Source of the DNA: the human T2T-CHM13v2.0 reference genome, Homo sapiens
DNA: 64,000 nucleotides
Reading direction: 5' to 3' (one strand)
Assembly (NCBI RefSeq): GCF_009914755.1
Contig: NC_060930.1
How positions within the stretch are numbered: the first letter of the stretch is position 1; each line of letters opens with the position of its first letter. Both the position numbers and the translations under genes were made by a program. Positions 1 through 13,850 of this stretch are shown one piece after another. The notes under the pieces are model-generated. The model saw only the letters and a program-made list of their open reading frames with translations. It was not told the DNA's origin and searched no databases.

Positions 1-694
1 GGTCCAGGCAAGGTTCAGTTTGCCTGGGAAGATAAGAGATACAGGAGGGCCATTCAGTGAGCCTCTGGGATGGCCAGTGGCTCTGTGCTTGGGAAGGTGT
101 TTTCCTAGGAGAAGTTAGCAGGTCCAGCATAGAGGCACTGGGGACCCCTGAGTGTTCTAGCAGGAAAGGTGGGCTCTTTCCTCATCTATCCACCTTCCCG
201 ATTCCTCAGCCGAGGGCACATGCTCTAGAAAAGCAACTCAATTCAACCATTATTGGATGCCTACAGTGAACCAGCAGCCAAGCTAGACTTTGGGGTCACA
301 ACAAACCAGACACAGATCCTGCCTAGAAAGCCTCAAAATCGAAGCCGGGAGTAGACAGACATGAATAGACAATTGGAAAGTTAGCGACCCCCTCGAAGAT
401 TTCTCTGCAAGGATGTTCACCTCAGTATTATTTATAATGGCAAAAATCTAGAAATGGATGGATGACCAACAGGTGATGACTGATAAAATGATATGCCTTA
501 TGCCCAAAGACAGAGCACTATACAGTCATTTTAAATTATGTTGGAGAAGAATATGTCATGACCTGGGGAAAAAGTTATCAATATTTTATTTAATAAAAAT
601 ATTAGTTGACAAAATGGTGATGTATTCATGATTCCATGATCTTGTTTCTGAATTTTTAAAGACATGTGTACATTAAACATGTAACAAAAAGTTA

Positions 695-795
695 CATATA
701 TGTGTATGTAAATGTGTGAGTGCGTGTGAGTGTATATTTGTGAATATATGTGTGTGAATGTGTGTGTCCATGTGAGTGTGTGTAAATGTGTGTTT
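695..795. repeat. Imperfect (TG)n/(TA)n low-complexity tract
   Basis: tgtgtatgtaaatgtgtgagtgcgtgtgagtgt... Confidence 0.8.
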
Positions 796-909
796 GAGAG
801 TCAGCTTAAAAAAAACTAGGAGATACACTAAAGTCGTACCATGGTTATCTCTGGGTGGGAAGATTATGGCTGATCTTTATTTCCTTTTTTATGCTTTTCT
901 GTATTTTCC

Positions 910-1207
910 TTTTTTTTTTTTTTTTTTTGAGATGGAGTCTCACTCTGTCACCTAGGCTGGAGTGCAGTGGCTGGATCTTGGCTCACTGCAACCTCTGCCG
1001 CCCAGGTTCAAGCGATTCTCCTGCTCAGCCTCCCGAGTAGCTGGGATTACAGGCACCTGCCACCACGCCTGGCTAATTTTTATAGCTTTAGCAAAGACGG
1101 GGTTTCACCATCTTGGCCAGGCTAGTTTTGAACTCCTGACCTCATGATCCACGCGCCTCAGCCTCCCAAAGTGCTGGGATTACAGGCATGAGCCACCATG
1201 CCTGGCC
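910..1207 (-). mobile_element. AluS, full length
   Basis: Poly-T then Alu body; TSD TGTATTTTCC at 900-909 and 1208-1217. Confidence 0.95.
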
Positions 1208-2379
1208 TGTATTTTCCATTTTTTTAAACAATAAATATACATAACTTCTATTAACAGAACAAAAAGAAAAGAAAAGGTGTTTTTAAAATTCTAGAACCAG
1301 GCCCCTAGAGATAAAATCCCCAATAAGGTGCTCCTCACACACTTCTGCAGGGACCGGGCCTCCTTGCCTAAGGCTTTCCCCCACAAATCAGACCCAGCAA
1401 AGCTTTTCCCCAATTACCAGAACCCCATCCTAGGTTCTCATTCCCCTCCCCCTACAACACTCTCCCCATCCCCAGCCTGCTGGCCAGGGTGTCCAGAGAT
1501 AGGGACACCCAAGCAGGGCTGCAGGGTGGGCCAGGGGAGCAGGCCCTGCAGCCTGGGATGTGGATGCCAGGAACTCCTTCTCTTTGGTTCCCAGGTGGAC
1601 CTTTAAGGTAGCACCACTGCCTTCAGCATCATATTTGGACTCACATGCAGGCCACCAGCTATCGAGGGCTAGGAAAGGGTCTCTCATTCACTGGGGCCCC
1701 AGTAGCTGGCTGGACCTCAGCAACTCTTTGCTAAGCTGAATATCAACAGTGGATAGTTATGGAGTAACTGCTCATCATTACAACTCTAAGGTACATATTA
1801 CTATCTCATTTCACAGACCCTGCAGCTAAGGTCCAGAGAGGCTAATTGACTGGCTCCAAGGCACATAGGTGATCAGTCACAGAGCTGGAACCCAACCCCA
1901 GGGATGATCTGCCTCCAGGTTTGTACTCTCTGTGCCTGTTTCTTCCCTTGCCAGGTCCAGAAAACCCAGGTACAAGTGGAGTCTCCCTGAATGGCTAGGG
2001 TTTCTAGAATAGACTCCATTCTGGGAAGGTCACCATGAAAAACTGCATCTTTTCATGGTCTTGGCACCCCTGGCTTGCCCTTGGCAGGGCTGGAAGAGTT
2101 ACCCCTAGTTAAAGTGGGAACTTTGGAGAAAGCCTGGCTGGGATGGGGGCTTCTAGAAAATGCATCCTCTCTGCCTCTCACCAGATACATCCTTAACTCA
2201 CTCACCTGGCAAATGGGAGCTCTGTTCCATACCCCTAATTCACTTCTCTACCCCTGCCCAGTCTCAGCTTCCAAAATCAGATTTCCACACCCCTTCCCCC
2301 AGGAAGCTTTCAGCCAAGTCACTTCAAATTGCCACACTTATTCCTGTACTCTGCCTCAATAATAAATAAAGCTACCCTA

Positions 2380-2600
2380 TGGCGTATGTCTTCTGTCCTC
2401 CATGGCAGGCCCTATGCCAAGCACTTCGCACGTGTCCACTCCCTCTATCTTCCTGACAAGTTTATGAGGAGGTGCTATGATTTTATCCCACTGAGGCATA
2501 GAAAGTTAGCCAGCTTGCCCAATGTGACATAGCAAATCAGTGGCAGAGCCAAAAGGTGACCCCTTGCAGTCTGAAACCAGAAGCCACATTCTTCACTACC
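2380..2600. mobile_element. MIR
   Basis: actgaggcatagaaagttagccagcttgcccaatgtgacatagc MIR core. Confidence 0.7.
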
Positions 2601-4789
2601 ACACCAATGGCAATGCAAGGATATGAGGTTTCACTGGAATTGTGGTGCACTGGATGACCTGGAAATCAGTAGCCCATTTGGCTGGACTCTTGTGACATGT
2701 CAATGATGAGGCAGGTTGGGGTAATGGTCTTTCCCCAGAACAGGGGATCTTGCATGTGTAGACAGGTGGAAACAGGCTCACCTCCTCTCTGGAGGTAGAC
2801 TGCATCTGCTTCATTGAGCTGGGAGCCTCTCAGGGCAAGGTCAATTGTGTTCTCACTGGTCCTGCCACCCACACTCAGGACATGAGGGAGGGTTCCGGGG
2901 TGGGGGTCGGGGGGCGACTGGCTGCTCCACTGGCTGGCGGACCAGCTATAGGGACAGGTATAGGGGAAGGGTCCCAGGTAAGGGCCATCTGTGCCTCTGC
3001 CCCATCCCTGGCTGAGCCCCAAGACCCAGAGGAGGCCTGACTTTCTCTTCCCTCCACCTCCCTCCACCCCCATACCAGCCCTTCTCCACCTCCCCCCTGT
3101 CCTTCCCTCCACCTCCCCACCTCATCCCTGCCCACTTCCCTCCCCGCCCAGTTTCCCAGAGCCAGAACAAACAAGAAGACAAACCCAGCCGCAGCGGCAG
3201 CGGTGGCAGCGAGGGGAGCAGGGAACTTGCCTTCATTTCCCTGGCTTCCCTGATCCCGACCTTAATCCCCGCTCAGCATCCTGTCAGCCGGGTTGTTCTC
3301 AAGCTGACATTGCTGCAGGCGCCTTCTTGGCAGCCTTTCCTCAGATCTGCCTCCTCCGGGGACTTCTAAAGAGGAGCCTGAGGTTTCTCTGTTACAGCCG
3401 GCTTCACTTGCTGCCCTCAAGCAAAGCCTGGGCTCCCAGGGGGCCGTAGGGAGCGGGGGCTGAGCGGGGGCAGTGCCAGGCCTGACGTTTGGGAAGAAGA
3501 GAGGAGAATGGAGGTGGCTGGACCCCAGAGGCTTCCACAGTGGGGGTCAGGCCTGGAGCAGGAGCCCAACCAGTGCTGTGGGTCTGCTCAAAGCAGGGAG
3601 GGACTTGCTCAGGTGTGCAGGCCTAAGAAACTCAGGGGAAACTGAGGCTGGAGCCCAGAGAATTCAGGCTGGCGCTAGTTCTGGCTGTAGAGGAAGCCAA
3701 GTGGTCTGCAAGTTTCTGAGCCTGCAGGGAGATCACAGCTCAGAGTGGGTTTGGAGAGAGGGGCAGCTGGAGCCTGCACTGTGTGTGAAAGAAAACACAG
3801 ACATACACATTCATCAGTGGACGTGCTGAACACCTGCTGGGTCCTGGGAGCCAGACGGGAAAAGCAGCCTGGTGAGAGGGACGCGGGTGAGCTCCCCAAC
3901 AGACAGACCCCAGTCCCCACTCTGCCGTGGGGTCGCTGTGTGGCCTCAGACCGGTCACTTGGCTTTTCTGAAGCCCATTTTTCTCATCTATAAGGTGTGT
4001 GGTGGGTAGGGGGAGGTCATCAGGGAAAGCATCCTTGCAGGATCGATGTGAAGTTTAGAGTCAGCGTGTGCAGAGCACCTGGGGTTGAGGATGATTTTTA
4101 CCATTCATGTCACTGTCCACAGGGACATTAGTCTGGAGCTTTGTCTGGGTTTTCACAAGTGGAACTCTGTGTGGAGGGGAGTCGCATGAGGGCACGCGTG
4201 TGTGCAAGTAAGCAAGTGAGTGTCCATGTGGGAGTCTGGGCAGGACTCCCATGAAGCTGCCACACATCTGAAATCAGGCTCAGCCCACAGCCTGAACAAA
4301 CATCTGGGACCATAGGTCTGGCCAGCTCTGCCGTCCCCATACACCCCCACCCTCCAGTTGTGATACACCCATTCTGCCAAGGGGATAGGGATGTAAGAGG
4401 CTCCTGGAAGCCCAGGAAAGGTGCTCCTTAAGCTCCCCCACCTCTTTCAGCCCCCCTCCGGGGACTCCCTCAGAGCCATAAGTGCTCCAGGGACTGAATT
4501 GGAAGGGAGTGCCTGAGACCCCAGGTGCTCAGCTTCTTGGGAGAGAGCTCAGGGTGCAAGCTGGGTGGGCTGTATGAGAGTCCATAGGGTCCCAAAGGCA
4601 GAGGGGTTGAGTGAGTGGCAGAGAGGGTGCCTCTCCATCCACCTCTCCATTCCAGAGTGGGAGGGAGGGAGTCCTGGAGAGGGGGCTATAAAGCAGGATC
4701 TGGATTCAGTCCCTCTACCTCCCTAATAGGGCCTCTCCCTGGATCAGTAAAAAAACAAAAGCACCAGCTCTTCCTGTTGCCAGGGTTGA

Positions 4790-4960
4790 TGTAGCCGGGT
4801 GGCCTTAGGCAAGTGACTAAACCTCTCTGACCCTTGCTGTCCTCATCAGTAAAATGGGAATAGTATTGCCTGTCGGTGTTGCGGTGCAGTGAAAAACAAA
4901 GCAGTACATGCAAAGCACAATGCCTGGCATGTGGTAGATGCTCCAAGGTGTGCACAACAT
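4790..4960. mobile_element. MIR
   Basis: ccttaggcaagtgactaaacctctctga...cctcatcagtaaaatgggaatag. Confidence 0.7.
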
Positions 4961-5116
4961 CCCAGCTGACACAAAGTTTTGACTCGGGCTGTGGCGGGTA
5001 TGTCTGTATGAGCATTACTTGGTAATAAGAAATAGAATGTTGACAGCGTTTTAGGTTCCAAAAATGGATATGAATGTCAAAAAGTCAAAGCAGCCAGGTA
5101 AAAATGTCGTGTAACA

Positions 5117-5300
5117 GCCAGGCATGGTGGCATGCACCTGTAGTCCCAGCTACTCGGAAGGCTGAGGCAGGAGAATCGCTTGAGCCCAGGAATTCGAGGC
5201 TGCAGTGTGCTATGATTTGATTGTGCCACTGCACTCCAGCCTGGGCCACATAGCAAGACCCTGTCTCTGAAAAACAAAAGCACAAAGCAAAACGAAAAGC
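5117..5300 (+). mobile_element. Alu right monomer (FRAM/AluJ-type)
   Basis: Single arm with gagcccagga...gaggctgcagtg and an A-rich tail. Confidence 0.85.
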
Positions 5301-7731
5301 ATCATGTAACAGCTTGGCACATATAGGTATTGGTAAATTATATTTTCCTTCCTCTCTTCCTCCCTCCCTTCCTTCGGACCAAATAAATTTTATCATTCTC
5401 CAACCAAATCATTCTCACTCTTTGGGGGAAGTCAAATTCCCTCCTGACCTAACCATGATGCTTGCATCTCATCTTTATGCGTTGGGCAGGGGGGTTGCCT
5501 CCAGGGCCCACATAGGGCACTGTTGTCTCCCAGTCTTTGGGAAACCACCAGTCCAAGAACTCTCAGGAACTTGCTAACCATGCTGATTCCTGCCCCCCAC
5601 CCCCCCGACCTGCTGAATCAACGCCAGGAAAGGAGCCTGGGGATCCGCATTTAATAAGCTCCCCTGTGAATCTGACACCCACTAAATTAGAAAACCGCCT
5701 CCTTAGCACTTTTTCTCTTTTGCCCTTGGCCCATATGTGCTCTTGTTTGTCAGACCGTGTTTAAAGTCCTTGTCTTGGGAAGGTGGCTGCTTCACCCCGC
5801 AGCCAGGAGATTCCTGTGGGATGCTCCCTGCAGGAACCCCGAGGTCACTGGGCAGGATTCTGCCCTGCACCTTAATCCCATGGCACCTGTATATATTCAT
5901 CCCCCACAGTCTGCAGGAGTTGGGGGCTTCTGGGCCCATTTTCCATAGTGGATGCTATATTCCTCAAAAGTCAGAACCTCTGGGTCCCCCCAGCAGGTGG
6001 CCTGGGATACAACCAGGGCTCCATGTCAAACAAAGACATTGTCTCCCTGCCCTGGCACTCAAAAAGACAGGCTCAGGTGGGGGCAGGTGCCCTTCCAGCT
6101 TCCCAAGAGCCTCCCTGCACTGGGGGTTGGGGAGCAGGGCAGCCTTCTGCTGCTTCTTCCTTCCCTGGCTTGTCACCCAAAGGAGGCTCACCTTAATGTT
6201 TAGGAAAGGGTGGAGAAGGGGACACTTCTCAGACCTCTGATGACTCACCATTCCCCAAATTCCAACCCCCACACCCTTATAACTACTCCCATCACCTTAG
6301 AATGAGTGAGGGCAACCAGAACTTTACCAAGGGAGGCATCCTTGGGAGGAGGAGGCAGTGGGGTGTGTGAGGCTCTTCTGGACTCAGAGGCCTGAGTGTG
6401 AAGTTCTGGCTCCTCATCAGCCAGTTGCACAGACCATGGCAAGCCCTCCTCCAGTTCTCTCACCTGGGAAGCAGCCATTAAAAGTTGTGAGGCCTCAGAG
6501 AGACCACGGGGATGAAAGTGCTAAGTGAACATGAGGTATGGATCTTTTTTTTTCTTATTTTATAGAATTAATCCTTTTGCATCCTCCCCCAACAACAGGT
6601 GCAGGCTACCTAGGAAGACCCTGTCCAACTGCCTCCTTTCTGGGAGTCCAGCCTCAAGCTGTCTGGCTCTTAAAACAAGCCCATCTGTCTGGGAGGTTTC
6701 AGAGGCAGCTGGGAGGGGCCCCCAACCACCCCAGCCCATTCCAAGTAGGTGGAGTGGGAGAACCTGGTTCTGAGGCAGCCTCTAGCCATGATGCCCACCC
6801 CGGGGATGTCAGGGGAGGCGAGGAGAGGAGGCACCAGGGGAAGAGGACTCTGGGAGCCAGATTCTGAAACTCCTATGGGCGTGAGATCAGAAACCCAAAC
6901 CCTGCCCCCCACCTCCCCACCCCTTAAGCCACCGTCCGGAAAAAATAAACTATTTCCTGCAACCAGCTCCGAAACAAAGTCTGTGAATGCACAGTGACAC
7001 ATATTACATAAATAGAAGCCACAGAGGGGAAAAGCCTGTTTTCTCTTTCATTATTTATCACTCTCTAACCATCTCCAGCTGGGTGAGTAAACAGGCGCAT
7101 TGGCCCATAATGAGGAACAGACTGCTGCCGTGGGGCTGCCGGAGGGGCGCGTGTGTGAGCATGAGAGTGTGTGGATGTTTCTGTCTGTCTGTCCCTGAGA
7201 GGGAAGCGTGGGAACCTGAAAAGGCAGGCTTGTGGGGGCATCAGATTCCAGAGGACAAGGGGGGTGCCACCTGGTGCCCCCGCTGGAGTGGAACAGAGCC
7301 AGTCTGTTGCCTCCTTGCCATGAGGGTTGGTGCGGGAACTGGTGAGCTGGGCGGAGGAGTCAGAGGGGAGAGACTGTGTGGGTGGGAGAGGATGTGAGAT
7401 GTATGAGCCAAGTGCGAGGCTGCAAATGTGCCGGGTCTCTGAGCATGACCTCCACAGGGTGGCCTCTGGGAGTGAGGCGGGGGCAGGAGGGTGTGCGAAG
7501 GGGTGTGACTGGAGGGGGTGTGTAGGGCTGTAAGACTGGGAAACTAAAGGAGTGTGTATGTGATGACCTCGCCATGTGTGTGTATGCGTGCATGTGGGGG
7601 GACCATGGGAGTGTCTGATCCTGAAAGTGTATATGGGAGTGTGTGATTTTTGTGACTATGGGATTGTGTGTTTTATATCTGTGTCACTATGGCAGTATGG
7701 CCTATGTATGTGAGATTTTATGGCTGTAGGT

Positions 7732-8145
7732 GGTATTTTGGGTTGAATTGTGCTCCTCCCCAAAAAAGATATATTGAAGTCCTAACCCCAGAACCTCCGA
7801 ATATGATTTTATTTGGAACCAGTATCATTGCAGATGTAATCAGTTAGGATGAGTCCCTACTGGAATAGAGTGGCCCTCATGCATTATGACTAGTGTCCTT
7901 ATAAGATGTCCATGTGAAGACACAGAGACAGATGGAGGCAGAGGCTGGAGTGATGCACCTCCAAACCGAAGAATACCTGGGGCTACCAGAAGCCAGCAAA
8001 GGCAAGGAAAGGCCCTTCCCCACAAGTCTCAGAAGGAACCTTGCTTTTGGACTTCTGGCCTCCAAAACTGATACAATAAATTCCTGTTGTTTTAAGCTAC
8101 CCAGTGTGTGATACTTTGTTGTGGCAGTCCCAGGAAACTAATAGA
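7732..8145 (+). mobile_element. MaLR solo LTR (MLT1B/C-like)
   Basis: gaattgtg...ccccaaaa..atattgaagtcctaacccc start and aataaattcctgttgttttaagc...ggaaactaata end. Confidence 0.85.
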
Positions 8146-8219
8146 GGTATGTATGAACATGTTGTGCATATGAATATGTTGTGCAAGCTTGAGAGTGCAT
8201 GAAAAAATGTGAGAAGCCA

Positions 8220-8666
<447 letters not shown>

Positions 8667-8940
8667 TCAGTACCCACAAATCATCATCCTGGAAAGGAAC
8701 TCAGCATCTGTCCTTCACATCTGATTGCCTCCACCCACCCTCCCTGACCTTGGGCAGCCCTACCTGAGGCAAGGTAAGCCTGGAGGAGGGCTGCCCACAG
8801 CCTGCCCACAGGACACAGGATGCAGGCTTGCTCCTCAGGAACCCAGATGAGGCCAGGCATTGAAGGCTGCAGGCAGTGAGGTAGAGGGTCAAAATCTTTG
8901 TTTGTGGGGCTGGGCATTATTGCCTGAAGTCTGATTTCTA

Positions 8941-9572
<632 letters not shown>

Positions 9573-10110
9573 CTATGCTGGTATCCCCAGTCCTGCATAG
9601 GGAGACAGGCCTATGCTCAGAGAACCTTGAAGCCACACTGGGTTCCTAGGCACCATGCTGACCAGCCCCATTCCTGGAGACCACTGGATGTCACAGAGCC
9701 AGCTGGAAACTTAGCCTTCCAGACCATGTTCAGACCAGCCTGTCCCTCTGCAGGCTCAGCCTGTCTTCCAACCAGGAGACACCATAATTGTTCAATTACT
9801 CAACAAAGCACATGTTCCAAGGCCCATGTCTTAGCATCCTCAAAGGTGTCCCAGAGAGGCTTTGCTATGAAACTTCAGACAAGCCACTTCTCTCTGAGCC
9901 TCAGTCTCCTCTCTGAAGAGTGTACAACCATCCTTACCCTGCCTACCCTCATGGAATTGTTGTCAGGATTAAGGAGCTCAATGGACATGAACTTGCCTTA
10001 TAAAGAAATGCCTTATAAGATGCCTCCCACAGACCTATGGGGTCAGTATCATCTCCAGCATCAGCTTCCCACTGTCTCTTCCCTTAGCTCTGTAATGCTT
10101 TGATTTAATT

Positions 10111-10602
10111 CAGGAGTCTGCAAACTGTGGCTCACAGACAAAATCCTGCCTGGTTTTGTATGGTCTGTTAGCTAAGTGGTTTTCACAGATGAACATTGGT
10201 GGTCACTTTGATAATAGGGAGCGTTAACTTTGAACCCCAACCAAGCAAAATGTTATCCCCTTTCCCCAAATTTCATTCTTCTTATTAGAAGACCTGTAGT
10301 ACAAAAAAAAGTTCTCAATTATTATTGTCATTCTAATTTCATCAATAAAAGTTTTGTGGAAATTTGTTTTCTCTCTTGTTATGTAAATCCCTGCATCATA
10401 TTCTCAATTTTGCCTCATAGCCTGTAGAGGTTAAAATACAGCAAAATTTGCTGGTCTTTGCCTCCACTGCCCAACTCTGCCCCGGTCACACAAAAACAGC
10501 CACAGATGATACGTAAGCAAATGAGTATGACTGTGCTCCAATACAACTTTATTTCCAGAAACAAGTGGTAAGCAGGATTTGGCCATAATCCACCAACCCC
10601 TG
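10111..10602. mobile_element. hAT-Charlie DNA transposon remnants (MER58 family)
   Basis: caggagtctgcaaactgtggc start, ccaacccctg end, MER58A-like tgtgctccaatacaactttattt. Confidence 0.7.
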
Positions 10603-10689
10603 AAGTAGAACACTGTAAGCCCTTGGCCATTTTGATGGGTTTGGAGAAGGGCAAGTCAATCCCTAGTCAAGTCCAAATAAGCTAAGTGT

Positions 10690-10955
10690 TGGCTTGAACA
10701 ATTCACTGGACTGAAGTGGGCTGGATGTGAGTCTGAAGCTGATGGGACTCCCTCCAAGGACTCTAAGAATAAAGCCCACCCAGGAAAAGGCAGAGTTAAG
10801 CAATGGGAGCACCCAAGGGCATCATTTTAAGCCCCTGGATCACACATCATCTGCAGCGAGTCCTGCTCCCTTGACTTTCAGTTACAAGAGTCAGTCAATT
10901 TTCATTGTTATTTAAGCCCATTTGAAGTGGATTTTCTGATGTTTGCACTGATACA
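10690..10955 (+). mobile_element. Old MaLR LTR fragment (MLT1J/K-like)
   Basis: gcccctggatc...ttgactttcagttaca...ttaagcccatttgaagtggattttctg. Confidence 0.55.
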
Positions 10956-10959
10956 AGAA

Positions 10960-12030
10960 CACAAAAGAAGAGTGTCTAATCCAGCCTGGGGCATTCAGGG
11001 AAGACTTCCAAGAAGAGGTGCCATCTGAGCTGGGTCTTAGTCAGCAGTGAAAGCATATGGGAGAAAAGATATTCCAAACAGAGGACACAGTCTGAGAGGA
11101 AGCCTAGCTACATGGAAGAGCATAGCACATGCCACAAGTCCCAGGTGGCAGAGCTGGGAGTGGCCAGGGATAGAACCAGAGGTTCAAGAAAGGATACCTT
11201 GTACCCTGTGCACCCAACCAAGGTGCTTGAATTTTGAATGCATCTTAAGCAGGGCATGACAAGTTCAGGCTGGAATTGTATTTATTTAATTTTTATTAAA
11301 GATGGGGTTTTGCCATGTCGTCCAGGCTGGTCTTGAACTCCTGGCCTCAAGCAATCCATCTGCCTCAGCCTCCCAAAGTGCTGAGATTACAGGCATGAGC
11401 TACCACACCCAGCCTGGGCTGGTATGTTAGATAGAACTTTTTCACCACTGTGGAGGATGCACTGAAAGGAGGCTCCGGAAGAGGACAAGGCTGGAAGTGG
11501 GGAGGCCAGGTAGGAAGCTATTGGAATACTCCAGATGGGGGATGATGAAGGTCCTGCCCTGACCAATAGTAGGAGAAGTGGAGGTAAAGAGGAGGGAATG
11601 ACTCTGAGAAATGCCTTGGAAGCCACAGGACTTGGTGACTGGATGTGAAGAGGAAGGGATAAGGAGAACCAAGGGATGATTCTAGTTTCTAGAGTGACTG
11701 GGTAGATTATGGTGCCACCAATGGGGAGAAAATGCAGAGGTGGAGCATGTTATGGATACAGAAGATGGCTTGGGCTGGGGACATGTTGAGTGTGCCATCC
11801 CTGGAGGCCCACAAACACGCACATGGGATCCAGGTCCCACACAGGATAGTAGTGGGAGCCACCATCTCAAAAGTGGAAGGTAAAACCATGAGAGTAGATG
11901 GGCTTGTCCGAGAGCACAGATGACGAGGACAGAGTGGGGCAACGCCCAGTGCTTCAGACAGGACAGAGGGAGATGAGATGAGCCCACAAAGACTCATGAA
12001 AAGGAAAAGTTAAGCAGGAGAACAGACCGG
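10960..12030. mobile_element. L2 fragment containing a FLAM insertion
   Basis: cagggaagacttccaagaagaggtgccatctgagctgggtctt and other L2-typical purine-rich blocks. Confidence 0.7.
11278..11414 (-). mobile_element. FLAM (Alu left monomer)
   Basis: Single left arm with ctcaagcaatcc. Confidence 0.85.
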
Positions 12031-12039
12031 CAGAGTGTG

Positions 12040-12488
12040 GCAGGCACTGGCGCCCTGCCCATCTCTCTCAGTGTTCGCCTCTAAAGGTAGAAGCCTGCTT
12101 ACTGCCAACACCTGCTGTTTGCCTGAGGCTTTTTTCCTGGCCGTGGAAACACCCTTGGCTCCAGCCCAGAGCAGGCCGGAAGTGCTGGAGAGTGAATGCG
12201 CCTAGAAGGAGGACGCAGCCCACGATGAAGGGGAAGTTGGTGGATGAGTACCCTAAGGCCTGCGTCCGTGGGCTGGCTTGTGTGCGGTGTGTGTTACGCA
12301 CGCTCAAGTCCTCAGTGGGACTGCACTCCTCTTGCTGACAGTGGGTTAACACTCCCTTTATTGGCTGCCTTCCCTTCATTCTCCCTGCCCTGCTCCCCCA
12401 CTGGTATTTCTGGGACCACCTCCCAAATAAACCACTTATGCTTGAATCACTGTCAGAGTCTGCTTCAGGGAGAACCTAAACTAAGACA
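12040..12488 (+). mobile_element. ERVL solo LTR (LTR16-like)
   Basis: ctcccaaataaaccactt...gtctgcttcagggagaacctaaactaagaca terminus. Confidence 0.75.
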
Positions 12489-12696
12489 AACATGTCATGA
12501 AAACCAAACAAATAGAAAACATGAAGGTGTTCTCACCAGGTAACTTTTGTCTCTGGAGGGATCAGGTCTTTCCTGTCCCAAGGGGCCCACCTCCACTCTC
12601 ATAAAAGAGGCCAATTTCTTGTCTGGTCCGAAGGTTCTCAGCAGGGGACTTTCCACATTCCCTGGCTGAGCAAACTCTAACATCAAGAAATCCTTT

Positions 12697-12840
12697 TGTA
12701 GTCCCAGCTACTCAGAGGCTAAGGCAGGAGGATCTCTTGAGCCCAGGAATTCAAGGCTGCAGCGAGCTATGGTCATGTCACTGCACTCTAGCCTGGGTGT
12801 CAAAGTGAGATCCTGACTCTAAAATAAGACAGAAAAAAAT
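12697..12840 (+). mobile_element. 5'-truncated Alu right arm (AluJ/FRAM)
   Basis: tgtagtcccagctactc...; flanking aaatccttt duplicated. Confidence 0.85.
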
Positions 12841-13398
12841 AAATCCTTTCCTGTCTCTCATCTCATTCCTTCTGTTTTTGCAGGAGCTGCTGTGTACTGC
12901 AAATGCTCAGAAAGATTCCTAAGCCCCGAGCCCGCCCTCGCCTTGTACCCCTGATTCAGTACTCTTCTTTTCCAGCACTCCAGGTGGCTTTCACTTCTTT
13001 CTATTCATCATATCTCCAGCCCCGTAGGTGTTCTCTGCTTCTCTGTCTGCCTGCAATCCAGAGACTGGCTATGACTGCTTGCCAGTGTCCCACAGGGAGA
13101 CGGGGGGCTAGGTGGGCTGGAAATACTCCCAGTGTACCCCTGACCCACCCTGCTCCCCACCTCCTACCTCTCAAGGCAGGAGGCCAAGGGGAATCGCCTT
13201 GAACCAGTCTTCTTGAGAGGGAAAGGGCCCTCAAGAAGCCGTATATAGAGCAATGAGGTGATCACTCTGGTGTGTAACAAGCCAGGGTATGAAGACAGGT
13301 GCTGTACTTACATAATTGTGGAACCGTGTATGAATTTCAACCTTTCTGAGCTTTAGTCTTGTCATTTATAGAATGAAGATAATAATACTATCAACCTG

Positions 13399-13850
13399 AT
13401 TTAGGCTGGGTTCCCACATAAGCAGCCCCTGAGACACTATTCCATTGCGAATGGTTGATTTAGGAGGTGAAGGAAATACCAGTAGAAAAGTGGGGAAGTA
13501 AGACAAGGAAAGGAGGCAACAAAGTATATGTTACCAAGCCAGCTACAGGATGGGCTCAGTCCCACAGAGGAAACCCTGGGAGTATGCATGGCACACATGA
13601 CTCGGAGTTATCCCACAAGGGGAGTAAGGGAGTAGGGGTATTTATATACCAGTTCCCATCAGTTATGGGTGGAGGGCTCCCCCAGGAAGTGTTAGTTCCC
13701 TGGCACTTCTGGTCTCCCACACAGTGGAAAAGTGGGCTCTAATTCCCAAAGGAAACCCTTAGGCTAGGAAAGTCAGGCACTAGTGATTGGAAGCCTTAGG
13801 GGTGAAAAGTCACAGTGCACCAGACAGGGCACCAACAAGTATCTGTTGCA
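13399..13850 (-). mobile_element. ERVL solo LTR (LTR16-like), opposite orientation
   Basis: ttaggctgggttcccacataagcagcccctgagaca is the reverse-complement LTR16 terminus. Confidence 0.65.

Larger units (their letters stand above)
370..1290. mobile_element. Old L1 (L1M-type) 3' remnant interrupted by a TG-rich tract and an Alu
   Basis: aaggatgttcacctcagtattatttataatggcaaaaa resembles L1M 3' consensus; AT-rich. Confidence 0.55.

Noticed and set aside
2032-2059. Inverted repeat ACCATGAAAA-8nt-TTTTCATGGT as a pre-miRNA or terminator
   Set aside because: A 10-bp stem is too short and is plausible by chance
7261-7281. CTCF-like GCACCAGGTGGCAC on the minus strand
   Set aside because: Mismatch in the 5' CC core; cannot be supported without ChIP data
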